Shown: positions 1 through 7,915 of the stretch, one piece after another
How positions within the stretch are numbered: the first letter of the stretch is position 1
Layout: every line of letters starts with the position of its first letter
Source: a virus
Length of the DNA: 64,000 bases
Strand: one strand, 5' to 3'
Virus record (IMG/VR): IMGVR_UViG_3300009151_000053
Location: 1 to 64,000 of that record
Position numbers and translations under genes: made by a program
The notes under the pieces: generated by a model
The model's input: the letters and a program-made list of their open reading frames with translations, nothing else
Told to the model about the DNA's origin: nothing
Databases searched by the model: none

Positions 1-11
1 AAGGAAAGATT

Positions 12-611
12 ATGCCCTCTGTATTTTTGACATCTGATACACACTTCGGTCATGCTGGAGTGTGTCGCTTTCTTACCAACACTGGTGAGAAGTTGCGCCC
101 ATGGGACAATCCAGATGATATGGACGAAGATATGGTGAAGCGGTGGAATGAAACCGTGAAGCCAAACGATAAGGTCTATCATCTTGGTGATGTTGTGATC
201 AACCGCAAGGCTCTGGCTATTATGCATCGCCTTAACGGTGATAAGGTGCTGATCAAGGGCAACCATGACATCTTTAAGTTGGATGATTATACGCAACACT
301 TCCGTGAGATTCGTGCATACCAGGTTATGGACGGTATGATTCTAAGTCATATCCCTATCCATGAAGCAAGTCTTGGAAGATTTGGCACGAACATCCACGG
401 ACATCTGCATAGCAATCGTGTGATGAAGGCCAACGGCTTTGACAAGAAAACTGGTCAAGTGCTGTATGGAAATCAGATCGATCCAAGATACATTAGCGTT
501 TGTGTAGAAGCCACAGACTTTCGTCCTATTTTATTTGAAGAAGTGAGGCAACGTATCATCGACCAAGGTGGAACTGTCGGATTTAAGAACGGAAACGGTC
601 CCACTATGTAA
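12..611 (+). CDS. Calcineurin-like metallophosphoesterase
   Basis: Motifs SDTHFGH, HLGDV, KGNHD, LSHIP and IHGHLH. Confidence 0.9.
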   Translation: MPSVFLTSDTHFGHAGVCRFLTNTGEKLRPWDNPDDMDEDMVKRWNETVKPNDKVYHLGDVVINRKALAIMHRLNGDKVLIKGNHDIFKLDDYTQHFREIRAYQVMDGMILSHIPIHEASLGRFGTNIHGHLHSNRVMKANGFDKKTGQVLYGNQIDPRYISVCVEATDFRPILFEEVRQRIIDQGGTVGFKNGNGPTM

Positions 612-1164
612 GGGTTCTGCCTCGAGTCCAATCAGGTCCGGGGCAGTCTTTTACTACTTTGTTGATATAGCCATTAGTCCACCAAATGGCACCAATGCGT
701 TTTGTTCCAATAAGTTGTTTAGTAGATTCGGATAACTTTTGACCTGTTTTACTTTTGCTACCTTTGGCATTTTGATTGCCTGTGGCACGAATCGATCTCG
801 CTTTACACATATCTTCTGTATATACAGTATTTTTTGCAAGTTGATTTCCTAACAAACGAATAGACGACTGATGTCTATGTTTAATCGATGGAATCCACCC
901 GGACACACCATCTCCTCCATCAGTTTTGTTATACAATATTCCAGAACTTAAATCTTTTCGTCCATACCAACGGATATATCTACGCTCTAATGCACATGCA
1001 CCAATATCTGATAAGTTCGTTTCTAAGAATATGATCTTTGATTTGTCTTTGGGAACAGACACATTATGTTGTGGTGAATATGCTCTGTTGCCTTTTCCTT
1101 TACCAATATAGTAAGGCGTTCCATCAGATTTTCTGACATAGGCATAGACGTAATAAATAAACAT
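604..1164 (-). mobile_element. Free-standing GIY-YIG homing endonuclease (Seg-like)
   Basis: N-terminal YVYAY...PYYIGKG..RAY, catalytic-type ALERRYI and YNKTDGG; basic NUMOD-like C-terminus; antisense to its neighbours; AAGGAG RBS. Confidence 0.85.
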
Positions 1165-1233
1165 TGCTGATACTCCTTGAAAGTGTTAGAGTCTGTGGAT
1201 ATTGACGTATCGTGACAGACACTTCTATTTATA
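1165..1233 (-). promoter_or_regulatory. T4-type late promoter plus structured leader of GIY-YIG gene 1
   Basis: TATAAATA on the minus strand at 1233-1226, then a GTCTGT/ACAGAC stem and TCTAACACTTTCAAGGAGTATCAGCA before the ATG; second copy at 2700-2771. Confidence 0.75.
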
Positions 1234-1259
1234 TTTTTCAGGAAACTACTAAATAATGA

Positions 1260-1382
1260 TTGCCATTCGCTCGGTATCATAGTATATTGAGTGAGTAAGC
1301 CGATGCGCTGAGGCTTAGAAGCGCCGTGAAACGTAGAGAACGGAATGCACGAAAGACATTCGCTGGATTGCGTAACCAGCAC
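1260..1382 (+). ncRNA. Candidate structured non-coding RNA, family not recognised
   Basis: Non-coding; lies between ACTAAATA (1248-1255) and TATAAATA (1384-1391); five adjacent stems and a possible pseudoknot. Confidence 0.5.
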
Positions 1383-1383
1383 T

Positions 1384-1391
1384 TATAAATA
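1384..1391 (+). promoter_or_regulatory. T4-type late promoter
   Basis: Exact TATAAATA upstream of the cell wall hydrolase gene. Confidence 0.7.
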
Positions 1392-1520
1392 GTATCTTAA
1401 CCAGATCGTAAAACGCGGTCTTTATTGAAAACACCCTACACACTTTTGTACGGTGGTTCTTCGCTCCCTATCCTATCAGTTTAGAGAAGAGAATGTTCGA
1501 AGACAAATAAAGGAAGAATA

Positions 1521-2075
1521 ATGACGAATGGATTCAAGCAATCTAAAACCCTTCAAGACATCTTTGTTGGTATTGCAATATCTCTCGCACTAACACTGAC
1601 TGTCCAACAAGTGTTCCATAGACCATCGGAACCAATAGTTATTGAAAGACAAGTTATCGTTAAAGTCCCAGTCTACCTAAGTGTGCAAGATAAGAAGCAG
1701 ATCAAGTGTCTTGCTGATAATGCATACTTTGAGGCTGGTAATCAAACAACAAGAGGAAAGATTGCCGTCACTAATGTCGTAATGAATAGGACAAGTGACG
1801 ATAGTTTTCCAAGTACTCCATGTGGAGTTGTCAAACAAAAGAAGCAAGGTCGTTGCCAGTTCTCATGGGTCTGTGAGAAGAAAAAGGTAGTTGACGTTGA
1901 TGTTTACACAGAAAGCAAACGAGTTGCCGAACAAGTTTATATCCAAAACATTGGAGATGTAACTGCTGGAGCAACGTTCTACCATGCCAATTGGATGAAA
2001 ACTTATCCTTTTTGGTCAAAGGTATTTAAGCAAACGGTAAAAATAGAAGATCATATATTTTATTCAGAATCATAA
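1521..2075 (+). CDS. SleB-like cell wall hydrolase (Hydrolase_2 family) with N-terminal membrane anchor
   Basis: CLADNAYFEA, AVTNVVMNR, CQFSW, GATFYHA and HIFY motifs; hydrophobic N-terminal segment. Confidence 0.9.
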   Translation: MTNGFKQSKTLQDIFVGIAISLALTLTVQQVFHRPSEPIVIERQVIVKVPVYLSVQDKKQIKCLADNAYFEAGNQTTRGKIAVTNVVMNRTSDDSFPSTPCGVVKQKKQGRCQFSWVCEKKKVVDVDVYTESKRVAEQVYIQNIGDVTAGATFYHANWMKTYPFWSKVFKQTVKIEDHIFYSES

Positions 2076-2699
2076 AGAACATTTATTTGATGTGATGTGT
2101 TGTCTGTAGTTTCCTGGATTAAAACCTTTGCCACATTTAGCACACACATTTTTATTTTGTTTTTGAAAATCACTTATGGCTTTCTTATGAAAATCTGTTC
2201 TCGGCGGTATTGTCTGTAGTTTTCTTTTATCTTTTATTTTGTTCTTTGTTTCTTGTGACATAGGTCTTCGTGCTGATGGATTTGGCACTCCTGTTTTAGT
2301 TTTTTTCATTTTCTCAATAACATCTTTAGGCCTTGGTTTTCCTAAACGAGATTCTTTGAGTTTTTGTTTTGTTTTTTCAGAACAAGGATGACCTTTCAAC
2401 CCCGTCTTTCCTTTATTCCAAGGTGTTCTTCCGGCAGCAGTTTCTCCACCGTCTGTCATATTTCTTAATATTCCAGTGTTATTATCTTTTCTTCCATACC
2501 AACGAATATATCTTCTTTCTAACGCAAGAGCGCCAAGTTCTGAAAGATTTCTTTCCATTATTATGATTCGTTCTTTTTCAGAAGGAAGATTTACTCTATG
2601 CTCGTTTGAATATGCTCTTTTGTTTTTACCTTTACCGATATAATAAGGCGTGTTATCTTTTCTAAGATAAGCATACACATAATAGACATAAATACTCAT
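2070..2699 (-). mobile_element. Free-standing GIY-YIG homing endonuclease with NUMOD3-like repeats
   Basis: [53 protein letters not shown] and a C-terminal CxxC; start placed at ATG 2699 because AAGGAG precedes it; AT-rich. Confidence 0.85.
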
Positions 2700-2771
2700 T
2701 GCTGATACTCCTTGCAAGTGTTAGAGTAGATGGAGTTCTGGGGAGTCCTCGCGATCTACATTCTATTTATA
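2700..2771 (-). promoter_or_regulatory. T4-type late promoter plus structured leader of GIY-YIG gene 2
   Basis: TATAAATA on the minus strand at 2771-2764, a GTAGAT/ATCTAC stem, then TCTAACACTTGCAAGGAGTATCAGCA. Confidence 0.75.
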
Positions 2772-2819
2772 AAAACTTGAAACCAACACCACATCTTTTA
2801 TAGAGAAGGCTAATACATC

Positions 2820-3065
2820 ATGGAAGAAATCGTACTAGAAAAGGCTCTATCGAGTGAAAAGTTTACAGCCGATATTGAAAATCTGATTGCACAACATAAA
2901 CTTAACTATGTTGATGCGGTCATTCATTATTGCAACATCAACAACATTGAAGTCGAAAGCGCAGCCACAATAATCAAGCAAAATCTTAAGATGAAGGCTC
3001 AACTAGAGTCTGAGTATGAGAGTCTTAACTATTTGCCAAAGCGGGCTAAACTGAACTTCGGATGA
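2820..3065 (+). CDS. 33: Late promoter transcription co-activator, T4 gp33-like
   Basis: F..DIE...LNYVDAVIHYC..NNIEVE...LNYLPK pattern; 81 aa; synteny 33-59-32. Confidence 0.85.
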   Translation: MEEIVLEKALSSEKFTADIENLIAQHKLNYVDAVIHYCNINNIEVESAATIIKQNLKMKAQLESEYESLNYLPKRAKLNFG

Positions 3066-3655
3066 GAGTTGCTATGACTCCCTTTGAGACTTACAAGACA
3101 TTCGTTGCTCTTAAGGCACACTTTGAGACCAATTATGATTATATTAAAAATAATGGTAATACAAAAAATATCACACAAGATGTCTTTAAACAGAGAAGAG
3201 ATGCCAACTTCTTTTACAAAATAGCCAGACATAAAGACTCGAAAAACTTTATGCTGGCTAACTTTGTTGGCAATTCTATTTCTTATGCTGGTGATCTAGC
3301 AACTGATAAAGCGGATGTTGTATATTCAGACTGGCTTAAGCGGCAGCAGGCTATTACATATATCTTTACTGAAGACTGCAATAAACTATTGACAAACTTC
3401 AATGAAAACTTTATAGTAAAGAGTGGGCAGAGACCACATGCATTGAAGTTATACTTACAGAAACAGATCAGTATTGAAACACTGATCATTTTGAATGACA
3501 TATGCAAGTTCTTTCCACATTGGAACAAGACAATCACTGAAACGATTATCTGGCCATCAATATATAAGAAGTGCATTAAATATAAACCGTTCTTTCGTTA
3601 TGACACTGCAAAGTGTAAACAGATCATGAGAGACATATTTACAGGTGATGAATGA
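3062..3655 (+). CDS. 59: DNA helicase loader, T4 gp59-like
   Basis: MTPFETYKTFVALKAHF..NYDY, ISIETLIIL and KYKPF motifs; synteny. Confidence 0.85.
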   Translation: MRVAMTPFETYKTFVALKAHFETNYDYIKNNGNTKNITQDVFKQRRDANFFYKIARHKDSKNFMLANFVGNSISYAGDLATDKADVVYSDWLKRQQAITYIFTEDCNKLLTNFNENFIVKSGQRPHALKLYLQKQISIETLIILNDICKFFPHWNKTITETIIWPSIYKKCIKYKPFFRYDTAKCKQIMRDIFTGDE

Positions 3656-4554
3656 CTGATTACTTTCAATACAATGTAGGACTGCCATCCAACCCTTTCA
3701 TGGATGCTCCTGCTCCTTTGTTCTCTGATAAAGAGACAGCGGATAAGATGGCTCGTGCAAAGCAAATCAATGACGACACTTTCTGGGCTTCTATGCGTGA
3801 AGTCTTTGCTAAAGACCTGGAAACGCTTCCTATGGAACGCTTCAAGGTCTGGGCTTCCACTATGACTGTTCCTATCATGAGTCGCAATCGGTTAACTGCT
3901 TATATGAAGATTGCTTTGGATGCTCTTGAACTTAAGGCAGTCGATGGACCCACTCGTACTGAGATTGCATTAACCGAACCCATGATTGGTATAACTGAAA
4001 AAGATTATCCAATCTATGCAGTCTTTGATGACTTCAAGACAACCATGAATCGTATCCAAGCATTCGCACATCTTAAAATCAATCGTATCTCTGCTGCTGA
4101 CCTTGAGCGTATGGACACAATCGTTGAACTTGGCGGTGGTGTTGGTGATATGGCTGATGTTGTCTACAAGTTGGGATTCAAGGGTAAGTATATCATCTAT
4201 GACTTCCCTGAACTTGGTAAGATTCAAAAGTGGTATCACGATGAACTTGGGTTGACAAACGTGGTACATACTGATAATATTAATGATCTGGTAGACGCTG
4301 ATCTATGCATCGCTACTTGGTCATTGACCGAAATGCCTATGGATTTGAGAGATCAGATTGTAGACAAGATCGGGAATACGAAGAATTGGCTCATTGCCTA
4401 TTCTAATGAAATCTTCGGATTTGATAACGATAAATACATCCGTGAGAACTTGCTTCCACGGTTCAAAGTCGGCTATGATACAGAGTTTACCGATGTACCA
4501 TATATGGCTTGGGATGGTGGCACCAAGTATGTCACGATCAAACAAAACACATAA
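3652..4554 (+). CDS. Putative SAM-dependent sugar O-methyltransferase
   Basis: IVELGGGVG SAM-binding motif, YIIYDFPE and DLCIATWSLTEM. Confidence 0.65.
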   Translation: MTDYFQYNVGLPSNPFMDAPAPLFSDKETADKMARAKQINDDTFWASMREVFAKDLETLPMERFKVWASTMTVPIMSRNRLTAYMKIALDALELKAVDGPTRTEIALTEPMIGITEKDYPIYAVFDDFKTTMNRIQAFAHLKINRISAADLERMDTIVELGGGVGDMADVVYKLGFKGKYIIYDFPELGKIQKWYHDELGLTNVVHTDNINDLVDADLCIATWSLTEMPMDLRDQIVDKIGNTKNWLIAYSNEIFGFDNDKYIRENLLPRFKVGYDTEFTDVPYMAWDGGTKYVTIKQNT

Positions 4555-4589
4555 TCATACACTTAACATAAACATACAAGGAAATAAAA

Positions 4590-5489
4590 ATGTCATTTGC
4601 AGACCTAAAGCGTACTTCTTCCAGCAACTTTGAAAAGTTGAACCAAGAACTTTCAAAGATGAACACAAAGTCATACAATGATGACGACAAGGATAAGTAC
4701 TGGTACCCAGACACCGACAAGGTTGGTAACGGCTATGCTGTTATTCGGTTCTTGCCACCAGCAGAAGGCGAAGATATTCCATTCGTCCGCATCTGGGACC
4801 ACAGTTTCAAGAATCCAGATACTGGACAGTGGTATATCGAGAAGTCGCTATCGACTCTTGGTAAGGCTGATCCGCTCGGCGAGTATAACTCAAAGTTGTG
4901 GAACTCTGGTATTGACTCTGATAAGGAAATCGCTCGCCTTCAGAAGCGCCGTTTGACCTTTGTCTCTAACATCTATATCATCAAGGATGGTGCTAATCCT
5001 GAAAACGAAGGAAAGGTCAAACTCTTTAAGTATGGTAAGAAGGTGTTCGACAAGTTGAATGATGCAATGAACCCACAGTTTGATGATGAAAAGCCAATGA
5101 ACCCATTTGACTTCTGGGCTGGCGCGAACTTCAAGTTGAAGATTCGTCAAGTCGAAGGCTATCGTAACTACGATAAGTCCGAGTTTGATGCAGTTGGTGC
5201 ATTGTTTGAAGATGACTCTAAGTTGGAAACAATCTGGAAGCAAGAGCAATCTCTACAGGCTCTGATCGATCCTAAGGTCTTCAAGACCTACGAGCAACTT
5301 CAGGCTCGTCTCAATCTGGTGTTGGGTAAGACCAAGACTGTGGCTGAGACACGGAATAGTTTTGTCGAAGATGATTATGTAGCACCTGCGCCTGCGGCTA
5401 AGGCTGCTCCCGCAAAGGCTATTGCGTCAACTGATGACGATGATGACGACGGGCTAGAGTTCTTCAAGCGACTCGCTGAAGAGGACTAA
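4590..5489 (+). CDS. 32: Single-stranded DNA-binding protein, T4 gp32-like
   Basis: GNGYAVIRFLP, WYIEKS, YGKKVFDK, GANFKLKIR..EGYRNYDKSEF and an acidic C-terminal tail. Confidence 0.95.
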   Translation: MSFADLKRTSSSNFEKLNQELSKMNTKSYNDDDKDKYWYPDTDKVGNGYAVIRFLPPAEGEDIPFVRIWDHSFKNPDTGQWYIEKSLSTLGKADPLGEYNSKLWNSGIDSDKEIARLQKRRLTFVSNIYIIKDGANPENEGKVKLFKYGKKVFDKLNDAMNPQFDDEKPMNPFDFWAGANFKLKIRQVEGYRNYDKSEFDAVGALFEDDSKLETIWKQEQSLQALIDPKVFKTYEQLQARLNLVLGKTKTVAETRNSFVEDDYVAPAPAAKAAPAKAIASTDDDDDDGLEFFKRLAEED

Positions 5490-5495
5490 AACTAG

Positions 5496-5525
5496 AGGGG
5501 AGAGTTTCGGCTCTCCCCTTTTTTT
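5496..5525 (+). terminator. Intrinsic terminator between convergent genes
   Basis: AGGGGAGAG-TTTCGG-CTCTCCCCT stem with a UUCG-type loop, followed by a T-run directly after gene 32. Confidence 0.9.
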
Positions 5526-7032
5526 ATGCTGTGCCGAAATACATATGATATCCAGAAGAAGGATCATGATATGCTGGAGGCGGAACATTCTTTCCATTGC
5601 CTGCCATCATTCTTGGGCTTGATCCAGTTCCCGATTTTCCTGTGGCAGCGGTTTGAGTTGTCTGCTTCTTAACGATAGGCTTTTGTGTCTGAGACAGAGC
5701 AACATCATTAGATGCCATCGCTACTTTAGGAGTTTCAGCAGGAGATGGTTTTCCTTTAGGACCGTCATCAACAGCAAGAAGAACTTTGCGTTCTTCTTCA
5801 ACTCGTTTGGCAACACCCGCTCTAGTCTTATCATCACTACTCTTGAATCTTGTTGAAACAGTGCTGGATTTGTAATCTTGAATAGCATTGATTATTTCTT
5901 TATCAGACATAGATTTGGTATCTTTGCCTTTTAATGCTTTTTGTATGACACTTGTGTTCGCGCCATATTGATTGGCTGTACTGAAGATTGCTTCTTGCAC
6001 ACCAGCACCACGACCAGATAAATCTATGCCCGCTTTTTGTAATTTTGCAACTTGTGGATTATAATGAGTCTTAGCAGCATGTGCTTGTTGAGCGGCGCCA
6101 AACTCTTTAGTCTTTCCTAGTTCCTTCCACTTAGCATCAAACTCTTTTGACCCAACTTCCATACCAGCAAACTGTTTGGAATATCCACTTTCTTTTAGAA
6201 ACTTTTGAACATCGCCTGTTTTAGATGACAGTTGGAATTTGCCGTAACTTTTTCCACCAGCATCGCCTTTGCCAGTTGACACAGTTCCTGATTTACCGCC
6301 ACTCTCAAAGAATGCAGCAACTTTACCAAGACCTTCACCAACACCTTTGCCAATAGCAGTCGCGCCTTCACCAACTTTTTCAGCAGCCTGTTTACCAACA
6401 GCAACCGCACCTTCACCAACCTGTTTACCAACAGCAACCGCTTTCTTAGCGCCCTCTTTTACTTTGCCACCAAGGTGTCCAAAAAACTCTTTGATTGAAT
6501 CAATGATGTTCTGGAACTTTTCAGAAACAACAGCAAATCCATCTTTGATGTTTTGGATCGCAGTCTTTATGCTATTGACTATAGGACCTATAAGATGCAT
6601 TGCACCTAGTACGGCAAACTTGATGCCCTCTCTGATCGCTTTATCTAAGAAACCTTCTTTACCTTTTTCTTTTTTATCGCCTTCTTCGCCATCTTTGGGA
6701 ACTTTGTCTGCGTGTTTTTCTTGTGCATTCTCTGTTGCTAAACGATTTGCTTGTAACGATTGGTCTTTTTGAAGATTCATTGAATCTTGTAAAGTTGTAT
6801 CAATAGATTTGGCGCGACTTAAGATAGATTTGATCAGACCTGTGTTACTGGCTGATGGAGATGATATGCTTTGTTCCGATGATGTGTCAGAAATAGCAGA
6901 ATACGGAACAGTCTTACCAGCAGGAAGAGGCATAGGAACAGACATTTGAGCACGGATTTGCTCCATTGCTTTAGGAGAAAACCCTGCTGCCTCTAAAACT
7001 TCCGGCGATTTATATACTGTAGGTAGTCCCAT
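5524..7032 (-). CDS. Tape-measure-position (gp29-like) tail protein with lysozyme-like peptidoglycan hydrolase domain
   Basis: Follows gp26/gp51; helical Ala/Gly/Lys repeats; ESGG..GTVSTGKGDAGGKSYGKFQL motif resembling the VgrG3 C-terminal muramidase domain. Confidence 0.6.
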   Translation of the reverse strand: MGLPTVYKSPEVLEAAGFSPKAMEQIRAQMSVPMPLPAGKTVPYSAISDTSSEQSISSPSASNTGLIKSILSRAKSIDTTLQDSMNLQKDQSLQANRLATENAQEKHADKVPKDGEEGDKKEKGKEGFLDKAIREGIKFAVLGAMHLIGPIVNSIKTAIQNIKDGFAVVSEKFQNIIDSIKEFFGHLGGKVKEGAKKAVAVGKQVGEGAVAVGKQAAEKVGEGATAIGKGVGEGLGKVAAFFESGGKSGTVSTGKGDAGGKSYGKFQLSSKTGDVQKFLKESGYSKQFAGMEVGSKEFDAKWKELGKTKEFGAAQQAHAAKTHYNPQVAKLQKAGIDLSGRGAGVQEAIFSTANQYGANTSVIQKALKGKDTKSMSDKEIINAIQDYKSSTVSTRFKSSDDKTRAGVAKRVEEERKVLLAVDDGPKGKPSPAETPKVAMASNDVALSQTQKPIVKKQTTQTAATGKSGTGSSPRMMAGNGKNVPPPAYHDPSSGYHMYFGTA

Positions 7033-7158
7033 TTAGGTCTCTTCTATTATTTGTTTTTGTTTGTTTAAGAAGTCAAGAAGCATATCAACATATAGATCAC
7101 GTTCATAGGGCATGAGATTTTCTAAATCTGTTATTGAATATTTATGATGCTGAACCAT
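7033..7158 (-). CDS. 51: Baseplate hub assembly catalyst, gp51-like (absent from the ORF track; probably also made as a frameshift fusion)
   Basis: Hand translation MVQHHKYSITDLENLMPYERDLYVDMLLDFLNKQKQIIEET matches the gp51-like MQHHKYS..E.E...P.ER..YV pattern; the frame stays open upstream into gp26. Confidence 0.8.
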   Translation of the reverse strand: MVQHHKYSITDLENLMPYERDLYVDMLLDFLNKQKQIIEET

Positions 7159-7199
7159 TGAGAAAATCACGGTATAATAATTACTAAGACTAGTATGAC

Positions 7200-7913
7200 T
7201 CAGCCCAAGGTAAAAAAATCACGGAGCGTATCCAACACAATCTCTCTGTCATTATCAAGTGAGTTTTTATATTTGATCGTGTAGATAAGTTTTGGTGTGT
7301 TATCAATGAACTCTTTTACTTTCTCAAAACTTTTGGTATCGATGCTATCGATAAAGGTCTGGAGTTCTTCATCGGTATGTTCATATACAGGATAAACAGT
7401 TTCTTCATCATAAATCTCAACAATACATTTCTTAACAAAGAAATTCAAAACATCATCCAATCCATCTTCTAGATCGTCTGCTTCATCAAATACTGATGCT
7501 GTTGGATGCTTCATAATCATACCAATACCATTACCAAGTTGAATATTGTTATCGATGGCTTTTGGGCGAGTAACTTGGACTTCTTCTAGATCGATCTTAA
7601 ATGTATATTCTTTTTCATCTTCTCTATCTTTGTATTTGACTTCAATGATATTGTTGACCGACCGTGATCTTAGTTTTAAGAAGATGAATTCGATGTCCGT
7701 CATGGTAAGACTGTCAATATCCAAATCTTCTGAGATACAACAGTTATTGATTATCTGTTTAATAGACTTGAGAATATCTCTATTGCTATCCGATTGTTGG
7801 GCCATCAATAGAATCTTTTCCTCTTTGACAAGGAAAGGCCTAAACTCATAAGTCTTGTTGAATGAAGGAATTTCAATTTCAAATATTGGAGATTGGATTT
7901 TTGGTAAAGCCAT
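7200..7913 (-). CDS. 26: Baseplate hub subunit, T4 gp26-like
   Basis: MALPKI..P, FRPFLVKEEKILLMA, DIEFIFLKLRSRSV and a C-terminal DFF. Confidence 0.9.
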   Translation of the reverse strand: MALPKIQSPIFEIEIPSFNKTYEFRPFLVKEEKILLMAQQSDSNRDILKSIKQIINNCCISEDLDIDSLTMTDIEFIFLKLRSRSVNNIIEVKYKDREDEKEYTFKIDLEEVQVTRPKAIDNNIQLGNGIGMIMKHPTASVFDEADDLEDGLDDVLNFFVKKCIVEIYDEETVYPVYEHTDEELQTFIDSIDTKSFEKVKEFIDNTPKLIYTIKYKNSLDNDREIVLDTLRDFFTLG

Positions 7914-7915
7914 GA

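Noticed and set aside
1238-1252. Possible stranded phosphoesterase tail (TCA GGA AAC TAC TAA, SGNY*) matching GGA AAC at 591-596
   Set aside because: Only a 6 nt match, too short to separate from chance without homologs, although it fits the pattern of the other two cassettes.
1296-1345. Possible hammerhead ribozyme (CTGAGG ... GAAAC)
   Set aside because: The core needs CUGANGA, which is absent, and the stem arrangement does not fit; kept only as an unclassified structured RNA.
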